A DNA stretch of 63,709 bases, the filler included, from a candidate division WOR-3 bacterium (GTDB lineage Bacteria > SDB-A), in assembly GCA_016934535.1 (NCBI GenBank). It is 9 parts of 8 records of this genome, joined end to end, with 100 filler letters (N's around TTAATTAATTAA, not from the genome) between each part and the next. Parts side by side here need not be neighbours in the genome. Positions count along the whole stretch, not along the records: positions 1 to 25,065 come from JAFGSQ010000012.1; positions 25,166 to 30,961 come from JAFGSQ010000001.1; 7 more parts are not named here. The stretch is one strand, 5' to 3'. Below, piece by piece: positions 19,200 to 28,843 of this stretch. The position numbers and the translations under genes are program-made. Each line of letters begins with the position of its first letter. Position 1 is the stretch's first letter. The notes under the pieces were generated by a model. The model was not told the origin of the DNA, did no database searches, and was given only the letters and a program-made list of their open reading frames with translations.

Positions 19200-20606
19200 T
19201 CATTTTACAGTGAAGGAAAACCCTGTTCTGGCTTGCAAAGCTGGTTCCAGATATACGTTGCCGGGAATCCAGCCCTCCGATTTTACATCGCACTCCGCGA
19301 ATATTTCAACCCATTCAGTTACAGGGCAGATGACACCGAGCATCAGCGCTCCGCCCGTTTGTGAGCTTTTTGATGAAAATCGCTGATCATCGGGTTGAAG
19401 CCACAAAGATGCAGATGTTGAAAAAGAAAATGATTTTTCACCGACAAAGAACGGATATCTTATCATTTCGAGGGATAAGCCGGGCCAGAACTTGTACCTT
19501 GATGCATAACCCTGAAGCGAAAGAACCAGGTTCGCATTTCCCTGCCGGTAGAAAAGATGAATACCCGTTGCAGTCCCGAAAGAAGTCAAATGATGGGTGA
19601 CGGCGAAATTCCACCAAAACTTTTCGTGAGTGAAAGGATTGTTCGCGCTGAACCTGTCAACTCCGAACATCTGCGGTGAAACAAAATTGAGAAAAATCAA
19701 ACGGCTTTGGAGTCTGAGATAATCAAGCTCTTCACTCGTCAGCTCCGACGGCATAATATAGCGATCAACTCCGACTCCTGAAGGATGTGGCCGTCCGCGC
19801 AATCCTGAAAGATAAGGTTCATCGGGACGGAAAAGGTCGTAGACCCAGGACAGGTAATCACCGCCTATGATGTCCCGTTTCATGATGTCCGCGTCTTCCT
19901 TAAGTGTTTCTTCTTCGATTATTTTGTTCGCCTCATCGTCGGCGCAGAGCATGATATACCAGGCAAGGCTTCCGAGGTTTAGCCACATGTCAGCCAAATC
20001 ATACACCGGCGATCTTCCGCAGAAAAAATTTGATTTCCTCATCTTCAAAGCAAGCTCGATCTGGACTTCTCCGCCGGCTTCGGCAAGCCTGACCATGTCG
20101 GCGGGGTGTTCGTCCTTGAGTCGAATCAGATCTTCATCACGGACGTGGCTGACACTGACAAGTTCTGCGAACGGATTGAGATATATGTCGTTTTGACTCG
20201 ATATTCCCCTTCGGGTGAGAACTGCTCTGTGCCCTTCCTCGTGAGTCCAGCCCCTGAAGGGTGAGACGAGGTCAAACAGTATTATTGATACGCAAAGTCC
20301 GCCGAATCTTTTATTCGATAAGAGGGCTCCAAAACTTTTATCGGACAAATCCGGTTCCCACATCAGTTTCATGGTGTGGTGAATACCTTGTGTGACTCCG
20401 CTCGTAATAGCTATGGACTGTCTAATGCTCGGAAACGAATATCCGTTCTCTGTGTTGAAGGGGACGTCAGCGAGAGTAAATTCGAGAATAACGTAAGGAC
20501 GGGTTGCTCTCAGGTGTATGTCCGGCGGGTAAGGCGGATTCTCGGAAAATGATGCTCCGCTTATCGAGCCGAGAATTATTAAAGAAAATAAAAAATATTT
20601 GTTCAT
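19200..20606 (-). CDS. Hypothetical exported protein with HExxH motif
   Basis: Signal peptide, WTHEEGH motif, and a beta-strand-rich C-terminus ending GFSFTVK. Confidence 0.7.
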   Translation of the reverse strand: MNKYFLFSLIILGSISGASFSENPPYPPDIHLRATRPYVILEFTLADVPFNTENGYSFPSIRQSIAITSGVTQGIHHTMKLMWEPDLSDKSFGALLSNKRFGGLCVSIILFDLVSPFRGWTHEEGHRAVLTRRGISSQNDIYLNPFAELVSVSHVRDEDLIRLKDEHPADMVRLAEAGGEVQIELALKMRKSNFFCGRSPVYDLADMWLNLGSLAWYIMLCADDEANKIIEEETLKEDADIMKRDIIGGDYLSWVYDLFRPDEPYLSGLRGRPHPSGVGVDRYIMPSELTSEELDYLRLQSRLIFLNFVSPQMFGVDRFSANNPFTHEKFWWNFAVTHHLTSFGTATGIHLFYRQGNANLVLSLQGYASRYKFWPGLSLEMIRYPFFVGEKSFSFSTSASLWLQPDDQRFSSKSSQTGGALMLGVICPVTEWVEIFAECDVKSEGWIPGNVYLEPALQARTGFSFTVK

Positions 20607-20776
20607 GTTTTTGTCACAAGCGCCGCAGCAACGGATCCAGCCGAAATAAAATCTTCCGACGAACTGAACTTGCCCACGAGTTATTTTACTTCATAATCAA
20701 TTCAAGATTAGTCATGCATACTCTCTCAAGCAAAGAGATAGACGGTATTTTATAGCGCGGGGAGTTTTTAGTCAAA

Positions 20777-21544
20777 CTACTCGGCAACAAAAGACCAGGG
20801 AGTCGAATTCCTTATTTCATAAGTGTCCATGTCTTTTGGCGGTACATGAAGACCGCTCATGCCGTATGTGATTTCGGCTTTGAAAGATGAGATCCTTTGC
20901 CCGCCGAAGAAAGAGTTTTCAAAAAGAAATTCTACATAACCGATGAAAGGTATTTGTCTTTCAAAAAAATGTCCGTCGAGGCTCAAAATCCATCTTACGG
21001 CGGCGTCTTCATCGCTCCTCCATGGAACGTCAAATTTGGAATATTCACTCACGAGGAGAGAATAGGTCTCTCTCTCAATGTAAGGAACCTGAACCGTTCC
21101 GCTGAAAAATCTGCCGGAGTTCGGCGTTTCACTCCGTTGAAGAACCTGCCACGAAGACCAGTTTTTCAAATCGGTGGAATATCTTACGTACACGTCTCCT
21201 TCAAAAGGTTTTGAAGTGTCTCCGCTGTTGAGAATGAATGATTCGGGCTCTGGTTGAATAGTTACCCTGACGGAAACGGCGTAAGGAGGACGCCATGAAA
21301 GTCCCAAAGCGAGAGGAACTGTTTTAATCCAGCTGCTGTATGATGAGGCGGCCTCCCCGTCCCAGCCCAGACCTTCATCTGTCACGTTAAATGCTCCCAA
21401 TTCCGACCAGGAGGCCTTTTCAAGAGCGTCGGTGCTGTCGGTGAAGTCAATTTCAAGAGATTTGTAGTCCAGAATGGACGCGAATGATTGTGAAGCAAAC
21501 ATTACGGAAGTAATTGCAGTAAAAAGAATTTGAAATATTTTCAT
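20777..21544 (-). CDS. Hypothetical exported protein
   Basis: Signal peptide ending SFA-S; AAGGA RBS; no family recognised. Confidence 0.7.
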   Translation of the reverse strand: MKIFQILFTAITSVMFASQSFASILDYKSLEIDFTDSTDALEKASWSELGAFNVTDEGLGWDGEAASSYSSWIKTVPLALGLSWRPPYAVSVRVTIQPEPESFILNSGDTSKPFEGDVYVRYSTDLKNWSSWQVLQRSETPNSGRFFSGTVQVPYIERETYSLLVSEYSKFDVPWRSDEDAAVRWILSLDGHFFERQIPFIGYVEFLFENSFFGGQRISSFKAEITYGMSGLHVPPKDMDTYEIRNSTPWSFVAE

Positions 21545-21589
21545 TTTATTTCCTTTCTCTCGCTGTATTATTTGAAAAACTCTGCCATA

Positions 21590-22795
21590 TTACTGAATAA
21601 GTAAATTTTCAAGTGAAGGTTTGACATCTCTTTTAAAATGCGCGGTTTCGGTGAACGAATACAAGCATTGAGATCCAAGTTGTTGTCCCAAATCCATGAA
21701 ATACCTGTCCGGATTCAATCCCGAATTGTGCGCCGCCTTATAAATTATGCCCAGTCTTATCAGGGTGTCTCTGAAATCAATTGTTGCGTCTTCAATTGCC
21801 GCAGCTGTCAGACCGTTCATAAGTAATTCGGGATCTGCGTTCCGCTTTATCAGATATGCCGCTCTCACTGTATATATTGTCACGGAGTTCAATAAAGCAT
21901 TGTGAGTGTGAATTATCTCTTTGATTATATTTCGCTGGTTCCGGTTCATATTTATGAAAGCGGGTATGAGAAAGTCGAGTTTTTCCAACATTGCTTCTTG
22001 ATTGTCAGGTCCGGCAGAATTATTAGCCAATATGTCCGCTTCATCGAAATCCTTGTTTTCCTCGCTCATCAACCTTGACAATTCATTTTCGTAGCATTTT
22101 TCCCGAATATCTTGTTTGTCGCTCAAATCAATCAAGTCGGTAATTCGGGTTTGCGTGTCATTATCAAAAAGTATTTGCAATTTTGATAACAGTTGATTTT
22201 CTTCCGGTTTTTTGACAGTGATGCGTTTAAATCTGTCAGATTTGGAAAAAGTGTTTTTAATATACAGCAGAACATCAAGTTTATTGTATGACAGAATTTC
22301 ATCTATGAAATTGTCCGGAGTCAAACCCGCTTCATGAGCGCTGACATATAGGTGTTCGAGAGATTTTTCCAATTCACGGCCGCTTTCGGAGCTTTTGATG
22401 AATATTGTTGCTGCCGTCAGGGCGTTTTTCAGCCAAGCGGAATCATCCGATGCTTTTATCTTGTCAGCGGCGTAAGCGACGTAAGCCGGCAACGACTGAT
22501 TAATGTTTGCGTGATCTGAAACAAAATTTTTAATTTTTTCTCTTTCATCCAGTTTCAAATCAAAAAACAAGGGCAATAATTCATTTAATTCCTCAAAGAT
22601 TTCATCCTTTAAATTTTTGCCAGTTTTTTTCCTCGCTCGAATGTAGGCGCTTGCCCTTTCTTTCAGGGGTAGTTTTTCCTCAAGTATTATTCGATCCTGC
22701 TCTTTTATAATTTCCTTTGAATTCATATCTTTCTGTTCGTCAAGTTCTTCAAGGCGTTTTAATGTCTTTGTTATATCTTTCACTGTTAAACTCAA
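21590..22795 (-). CDS. Hypothetical protein with an internally duplicated helical domain
   Basis: Long ORF overlapping the upstream stop (TTGA); two similar segments visible in the translation. Confidence 0.7.
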   Translation of the reverse strand: MSLTVKDITKTLKRLEELDEQKDMNSKEIIKEQDRIILEEKLPLKERASAYIRARKKTGKNLKDEIFEELNELLPLFFDLKLDEREKIKNFVSDHANINQSLPAYVAYAADKIKASDDSAWLKNALTAATIFIKSSESGRELEKSLEHLYVSAHEAGLTPDNFIDEILSYNKLDVLLYIKNTFSKSDRFKRITVKKPEENQLLSKLQILFDNDTQTRITDLIDLSDKQDIREKCYENELSRLMSEENKDFDEADILANNSAGPDNQEAMLEKLDFLIPAFINMNRNQRNIIKEIIHTHNALLNSVTIYTVRAAYLIKRNADPELLMNGLTAAAIEDATIDFRDTLIRLGIIYKAAHNSGLNPDRYFMDLGQQLGSQCLYSFTETAHFKRDVKPSLENLLIQ

Positions 22796-23523
22796 ATAGT
22801 TATCCCTTCCTCAAACTCCCATTCAAACGGTCTGTTCAGACCCCTCAGTGTCTGAATTTCCGGATATGTGATTTTTTTCAATTCAACGGTTTCGACAAGG
22901 CCGTCCTCTGTATGCTCAGTTCTGGTGATGCTGTATTCCTCCTTGAGGAAATCAATATTGTAACAGGTAGATTCCAAAGACGCCCTGTGAGTGCTGGTGT
23001 ATTCACAGGCAATCAGTATGAATTGACCGTTAAGGTAACGAAATTCGTATGTTATCCTCGTCATCCACCAGGTTCCCATGCTCCACCAGGATAAAAAATC
23101 CAGTATCAGTAAGCCGTTATCAATTCTGATGTCTTCAAACGGTTCAGCCATATTGTGGTGCGTACTGCTGATTATGAACGTGTTGTTTCTTTCCTTGAAA
23201 ACATATTTTTCGAGCGTGTTGTCTTTGAAATATACAGCCAATATCCTCGGCTGAAAATGGGAAGTATCGGGATAATATTCATCGTTCGATATTATCTGAA
23301 CGCTGTCCCGGTATTGAAAAACGACGGCAATATCCGCGAATGAATCGCCGTTCAGGTCGCCGGATACAGAATCCAGTACAGACCATCCATCGGGAATTAA
23401 ATCTTTGGCGGAATTGCCCTCTTTTTCAAGAAGCGGATATGTAAAATTCTGTCCCAGAATATATCCCGAAAATAACATTAATGAACATATCAATAAAACA
23501 GTGGTTTTTATTAAACACGACAT
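22792..23523 (-). CDS. Hypothetical exported protein with FG-GAP-like Ca-binding motif
   Basis: Signal peptide; GDLNGDSFADIAVV motif; AAGGAG RBS. Confidence 0.7.
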   Translation of the reverse strand: MSCLIKTTVLLICSLMLFSGYILGQNFTYPLLEKEGNSAKDLIPDGWSVLDSVSGDLNGDSFADIAVVFQYRDSVQIISNDEYYPDTSHFQPRILAVYFKDNTLEKYVFKERNNTFIISSTHHNMAEPFEDIRIDNGLLILDFLSWWSMGTWWMTRITYEFRYLNGQFILIACEYTSTHRASLESTCYNIDFLKEEYSITRTEHTEDGLVETVELKKITYPEIQTLRGLNRPFEWEFEEGITI

Positions 23524-23550
23524 AGTGACACGTCTCCTTTTAACTAAGTA

Positions 23551-24153
23551 TTAACTGATTATTACGTATTCCATCGCTTTTTTTATGTCTTCAGCAATCA
23601 TTTTTCTTTTACTTTTTTCAATGTTGAATGAATCACCTGTTTGTGTGTATGATGGAATGTAAAGAACGGAATTTTCAATGTAGTTTCCGGAACGTATTTT
23701 GTAAGTCGAACCGGTCGGTATGACTTTGCGTCCCAAACTTTCTTTCATAATATAGTTTACACATTTGATTGCGAAATCCCCCATGCACATGACGACTTTT
23801 GTGTTCGGAAATTGCTCTAATTCACGGAACAGAATGTTTGAGCAATTATTAAGAGTCTTTGATGAAACGAGATAATCCTTCTTACAGCATTTAATCGCGG
23901 TGGTGAAATAAAAGCCCTTGTCGGTCAGTTCTTTGATTCTTTTTACGGCGTATCCGGCGTCATTGAAAGCCATGCATGTTGTCTTGTCAAAAAATCCTCC
24001 GGAATAATAATAATCCTTTTTATCAGGGGGAGGCGCTTCGGATACAACCACGATGTTAACTTTTGTTGGGTCAATGTTTATTTCAGGAAATATCCATTTA
24101 TGTTCAACGTCGTTACAGGGGAAACTGCATTTTAGATGGCGATTTATTCTCAT
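23551..24153 (-). CDS. Uracil-DNA glycosylase superfamily protein
   Basis: VVVSEAPP, FTTAIKC and KVVMCMGDFA match UDG-superfamily segments. Confidence 0.75.
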   Translation of the reverse strand: MRINRHLKCSFPCNDVEHKWIFPEINIDPTKVNIVVVSEAPPPDKKDYYYSGGFFDKTTCMAFNDAGYAVKRIKELTDKGFYFTTAIKCCKKDYLVSSKTLNNCSNILFRELEQFPNTKVVMCMGDFAIKCVNYIMKESLGRKVIPTGSTYKIRSGNYIENSVLYIPSYTQTGDSFNIEKSKRKMIAEDIKKAMEYVIIS

Positions 24154-24228
24154 CGATATTCTCTACCGTAATATTCTAACAAATATTCCCCCTTAGGATA
24201 CGGTTTTTATTTAATCATAAAATACAAA

Positions 24229-24370
24229 CGATATTTTGAATCTTCGATTCAAAAATCTGATTCGCGTCTATTCGCGTTAATTCGTGGTAAATATCTTTTT
24301 TTTTCTTTTTTCGTGTTCATTCGCGTTACGATATTTTCATCTACGATGAAAAATCGAATTCGTGGTAATA
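24229..24370. repeat. Two REP-like hairpins interleaved with 10-nt ATTCGYGNNN repeats
   Basis: Hairpins at 24229-24259 and 24329-24356; repeats TTCGCGTCTA/TTCGCGTTAA/TTCGTGGTAA at 24261-24290, recurring at 24310-24368. Confidence 0.7.
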
Positions 24371-24408
24371 TTTTTTTTCTTTCTTGTTGCGATTTGTCTT
24401 AAACCAGT

Positions 24409-24891
24409 TCAATACCTCAACTCATTACCGAGTATATTTATATTCGTCGAAGCGTCAGGTTTTATCTTTTTTACTTCTACGAGATTTAAAACGTCGTATC
24501 CTTTTTTCTTCAGGAAACGCAACATCTGTCGGTTGTCCGGATGCACCCAGATATACATCTGAAATGCGCCTTTTTCAAGGACGTAATTCTCTGTGTAGTC
24601 AAAAAGCAGGGACGCGTTCTCAAAACCTCTGAATTTTCGGTCAATGAAATGCCATTCGAGCCAATATACGTCGTTTTCGAATTTCAAAACAGAAAAACCG
24701 ATCAGTAAATCGTCGTCGTATAATCCAAATACGATCTTGTTGTCTTTAAAATATTCAGACGTTTCTTCAAACGCTTCTTTGATAGTGTATTCTATCGGAG
24801 ATTTGTTGAGCTTGTGCAAAATAAGTCTGAATTCATAGACCATCAGCACAAGTTCAGACCCGGCAGATGCAAGCCTGCGGATTTCTTTCAT
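24409..24891 (-). CDS. GNAT family N-acetyltransferase
   Basis: HFIDRKFRG (motif A-like) and VHPDNRQMLRFLKKKGY (motif B); GAGGTG RBS before the ATG at 24891. Confidence 0.82.
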   Translation of the reverse strand: MKEIRRLASAGSELVLMVYEFRLILHKLNKSPIEYTIKEAFEETSEYFKDNKIVFGLYDDDLLIGFSVLKFENDVYWLEWHFIDRKFRGFENASLLFDYTENYVLEKGAFQMYIWVHPDNRQMLRFLKKKGYDVLNLVEVKKIKPDASTNINILGNELRY

Positions 24892-25065
24892 TTTCACCTC
24901 TAGCCATTGTTAATGTTCATCAATTAACAATAGAATAATTTTAATGCCGTGAATTCAAGAAATCAAAATATAATTTTCGTTCACTAGTGTCCTAATAAAA
25001 TCATTATAAATTGAAGAGATTCATTTGTCCACAAGGGTCTCTGGCATTTAGGGGATTGTCGGGAT

Positions 25066-25165
25066 NNNNNNNNNNNNNNNNNNNNNNNNNNNNNNNNNNN
25101 NNNNNNNNNTTAATTAATTAANNNNNNNNNNNNNNNNNNNNNNNNNNNNNNNNNNNNNNNNNNNN
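25066..25165. other. Artificial contig spacer
   Basis: N-run + TTAATTAATTAA (stops in all six frames) + N-run. Confidence 0.98.
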
Positions 25166-25421
25166 GGCAATTCATGTGGTTCCAACCTAAACAACATGAT
25201 TTGATCCAAGTATTTCCTCCGTCAATTGTCTTATACATCCGGGTTGTGTCTTGCCAGATATTTTCATCTACATCAATTGTAATATAACCGACTGTGTCGT
25301 TGAGAAACTGAACATCGCTGACGGGCAGAGTGTCGTTGACATTTTTCTGTGTCCAGCCCAACAAGGGGGCCGCAAAACCGGAAAGTGCGATCAGCAATAA
25401 ACTGATTTTCAAGATTTTCAT
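25166..25421 (-). CDS. Exported BNR/YCF48-like repeat protein, 3' truncated at contig end
   Basis: GGAGG RBS, signal peptide, DVQFLNDTVGY and KTIDGGNTW Asp-box. Confidence 0.7.
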
Positions 25422-25508
25422 AATCCCTCCTGAAAAGAAGTGAAAAAATATATTTTGCCTTTAAAATCAAAATTCAGTCGCGCTTTATCCTATATTTCCT
25501 TGATTTGA

Positions 25509-26219
25509 TTATTTTTCTTCTCTCGGACTGAACTGTACAGTCCACGCTCCTGTCATTCCCTCGACTTCTACAGGTATCGTTATAAATATCTCTTCACCCA
25601 CGGCAAGCTTGGCAAGTGGAACGTAAAACTTGAATCCTCCGCTTTCGACTGCACCGACAGCAAAATCCGGATACTCCCATTGCAATTCATGACCGTCAAC
25701 GGAAAAATTCTCCCAATACCGGAAATAAATGGTTTCGGTAATTGGTATGATTGACATATCGTTTCCTGTCTTATTTTCATCAAAATCTTCACTGAAATAC
25801 ATTTCCTTGGTCAAAAGCTCCAGAAAAGGGCTGAATTCTCCAGTTCCCGAAACAGATTGTGGAGCGACCTCTTTTTCGGGAGCTTCCCACACAGAAGCTA
25901 TTTCATAGCTTTCGATCTTTCCGGTTCCGTTTATTTGCGACATCGGTATTACGCCGTGCGATCTCGTCGGACCCGCTGAGACTTCAAACCATGCATCGAA
26001 AGCCGGAGATGGCGAAGGTCCGAATTTAACATCTTCAAACCTTCCTATGGAAGTGTAATTGCTGAATCCACCCTGCTCTCCGTAACAGCTGGTCTGCCTG
26101 TTGTAAGTCAAACCGATAATTATGTCGTATCGGGCTGAGCCCCCGAAAACAGTTTTCTCCCCGTAAACAGAACCGAGAGGTACAATGATTAGTAAAAACA
26201 CTGATATCAATGTTCGCAT
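25509..26219 (-). CDS. Hypothetical exported protein
   Basis: AAGGAG RBS before the ATG at 26219; signal peptide MRTLISVFLLIIV. Confidence 0.7.
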   Translation of the reverse strand: MRTLISVFLLIIVPLGSVYGEKTVFGGSARYDIIIGLTYNRQTSCYGEQGGFSNYTSIGRFEDVKFGPSPSPAFDAWFEVSAGPTRSHGVIPMSQINGTGKIESYEIASVWEAPEKEVAPQSVSGTGEFSPFLELLTKEMYFSEDFDENKTGNDMSIIPITETIYFRYWENFSVDGHELQWEYPDFAVGAVESGGFKFYVPLAKLAVGEEIFITIPVEVEGMTGAWTVQFSPREEK

Positions 26220-26524
26220 TAGTTCTCCTTTCATTCTTTATGTAATTGAAATTTAAAACAACGGGCAGGAAAATATTTTCCTTTTTAGAAGTCTGATATA
26301 TTTATTTTACAACTAAATCTCAATAATTCAAACTTAATCGAATAAAATAAATTTTTTTTACTCCCTTAAAGCCTCCCATAAACTGCAACCCGATTTATAT
26401 AGCAATGGCAATGGATTGCATAAACTGATTCATCTGCATTTCCGCCGCGCCAAAACCTCAAAAACCTTTTTGATTATTATTGTCCGCAGAAAAGATATAC
26501 AATAAAGGAAAAGGGAGGATAAAA

Positions 26525-27004
26525 ATGAAATTATTGTTTTTTTCTGCTTTTATTTTTCTGAATCTCAATGCAATTGCTCAGCTCACGGAAGGACTTTATG
26601 AAAGTTCGGAAGATTCCTTCAAAAAGAATTTCTACCTGTATGTCCGAAGCGACAGTGCAACTATTTACGGATGGGATTTACTTGTCTTTGTTGACACATC
26701 GGCAACGGACACCATACATTATAAAGCTATCGCCGAATTTTCAATGTTGGACAGTTCATATATCTCAATGAATTTCGAAAATCATGAATTTTCAAGAAAA
26801 TCGTTTTTATCTGAAAATTTCGACAGCACGGACATAATCGCTGATAATGATTCAGGGTTAATTTTCCCGTACGTAAACATGTTCGGAGGAATTAAGGACG
26901 GTAAATTATTTTTGTATGCAATTAAATTCACCTACCTGAGCAACACGGATAATTTTATATTTGAACTTCAAACCGACAGCTTGTCTTCAGATCCGGATTT
27001 ATGA
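26525..27004 (+). CDS. Hypothetical exported protein
   Basis: GGAGG RBS before the ATG at 26525; signal peptide MKLLFFSAFIFLNLNAIA. Confidence 0.65.
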   Translation: MKLLFFSAFIFLNLNAIAQLTEGLYESSEDSFKKNFYLYVRSDSATIYGWDLLVFVDTSATDTIHYKAIAEFSMLDSSYISMNFENHEFSRKSFLSENFDSTDIIADNDSGLIFPYVNMFGGIKDGKLFLYAIKFTYLSNTDNFIFELQTDSLSSDPDL

Positions 27005-27052
27005 ACTCCACGAATAAGACATTGCATCAGATTTTATATCGAAGATTCAAAA

Positions 27053-27547
27053 GTGTTGGATAAATTGGTAAAATTCATTATGCTTTTGCCGTCCGCTTTG
27101 CTATTTTTTGTGACAATCCATGGTTTGAATCCAACCGACAGCACTTACGCTATAAAATCCCTCGGCGAATCATATCCCGAATTCTTCGAACCAGATTACG
27201 ATACCGCAGGCTTGATTCAGTGCACGGCATTGCTCAAAGAAGTGTATCCGACCCAAAAACGCAGACAGTCCTTTGTATTCACTTTCGAAGTCATCGAAGG
27301 AATGGCTGATTCGATGACTTACGATGGAATGATCTCCGTCGAACTCTGGAACGATGCGGCAGCATGCTTCATGGAGTCCATGGAGTTCGAAGAAGCAGAA
27401 GAAGACACCATCAGACCCTCTTTTTACGGCCTGCTTTTCCCCGAGAACGACATACATCTCGTCCTAAAATTACATGAGAAATACAATCCCCGAGATTATT
27501 ATCTTGAAGATGCTGTTTTAATCAAAGAACCGGATCAAATTCGATGA
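27053..27547 (+). CDS. Hypothetical exported protein
   Basis: Hydrophobic N-terminus and acidic body; start uncertain. Confidence 0.55.
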   Translation: MLDKLVKFIMLLPSALLFFVTIHGLNPTDSTYAIKSLGESYPEFFEPDYDTAGLIQCTALLKEVYPTQKRRQSFVFTFEVIEGMADSMTYDGMISVELWNDAAACFMESMEFEEAEEDTIRPSFYGLLFPENDIHLVLKLHEKYNPRDYYLEDAVLIKEPDQIR

Positions 27548-27846
27548 TTCGTCTCACGAAAATTTCAATTTTAAAGGATCATAAAAGTAGTAACCCTGTA
27601 ATGTAATATAAAAGTCTAATACTCTTAATTATGTTACAAAGAATTCCTGGACTGAAAATCAGGAATTGGACCAAGTAGAAAAATATTTTTGTGTGAAGTC
27701 AAGCCGGTAAAATATAAACTTTTCGAATACTCTATTTAACGCCGCAAAAAGATGAAATGACAAATAATGCGGAATAAATGAAATATTAGTTTACAATTCC
27801 ATGTAATTATTTAACATACTATGATTGAAATTATTTGAAGAATAAA

Positions 27847-28413
27847 ATGGACACAATCAATTATCCATACCGGAAAACCAAATCAGGCATGATAGTCGGT
27901 ATATTTCTTCTATTCATAGCTGTTCCCTTGTTGTGTTTGTCGTCAACGCTTTTGTCTCTTTTCATCCTCAATCCTTCAGGTTTTCAAGTGCAGGCAAGCA
28001 ATACTCATTACTGGATTACTCTTTTAGGGATTTTTTTCTTTTTCCTTATAATTGCTTTATTTGGCTTCGTGTTGATATTCGCTGACTTCCGTAGAATGGA
28101 AGCTATATTGACCGCTGAGAGTTTTTCCTACGGCCCTCACGGGCATCTTACCACAATTCAACTGGCAGAGATTGCCAGAATAACAGCGAAAACATGTTTT
28201 TGGTCTGAATATTCGGATTGGGATATAACTATAGAAAGTATAAACGGACAGAAATTTTCTTTTTCACCCGGTGTCAGCGGTCTTTTTCGAAGGAAATACA
28301 AAAGGGGTTTCGACTATCAGACCATTCTTCGGGATATTCTGTCGCGATTGCCTGCAAGAGTACCTGTGGATTCAAGCGTTCGCAAGTTCGCAGAAACCGG
28401 AAATATTCCCTGA
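27847..28413 (+). CDS. Hypothetical membrane protein (2 TM + PH-like soluble domain)
   Basis: Two hydrophobic helices followed by a beta-rich segment. Confidence 0.6.
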   Translation: MDTINYPYRKTKSGMIVGIFLLFIAVPLLCLSSTLLSLFILNPSGFQVQASNTHYWITLLGIFFFFLIIALFGFVLIFADFRRMEAILTAESFSYGPHGHLTTIQLAEIARITAKTCFWSEYSDWDITIESINGQKFSFSPGVSGLFRRKYKRGFDYQTILRDILSRLPARVPVDSSVRKFAETGNIP

Positions 28414-28420
28414 CATGACA

Positions 28421-28825
28421 TTATTTTTTAATAAAGCCAGCCAAAAAACCGCCGGCTATGGCTGTCGCCATGCCGACGAAAGTCCAAATATTCAGTCCGC
28501 CGATAAAACCCAGAGTGAGCCCTGTCAGGGCGGTGACTATACCCGTCAGAACGCAGACCGAGGAAGCGTTTTTCTTCATTTTTACAGTCGCAATGATGCC
28601 GCCGAGAAAAGCCCCCAAAACCATGCATACTGCAGTTATCATATCTACGGATCTTTCTGCAAAACTGTTTATCACCGCCTGATCAGGTGCGCCCCTGACG
28701 GCGAATCCCTGAATTGTCGCATACACCGTAACAGCGATCACAGAACTCAAAAAAACAATGACAAGCGCGACGACTGAACCCAAAATAACTCTCAAAAAAT
28801 CTTTTCCGGAAATATTAAACCTCAT
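28421..28825 (-). CDS. Hypothetical 4-TM membrane protein
   Basis: AAGGAG RBS; four Gly-rich hydrophobic segments. Confidence 0.7.
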   Translation of the reverse strand: MRFNISGKDFLRVILGSVVALVIVFLSSVIAVTVYATIQGFAVRGAPDQAVINSFAERSVDMITAVCMVLGAFLGGIIATVKMKKNASSVCVLTGIVTALTGLTLGFIGGLNIWTFVGMATAIAGGFLAGFIKK

Positions 28826-28843
28826 GATCTCTCCTTTTCGGCT

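Noticed and set aside
24229-24370. Possible mini CRISPR array
   Set aside because: Only two imperfect hairpins, the intervening DNA is itself repetitive, and no cas genes are in the window.
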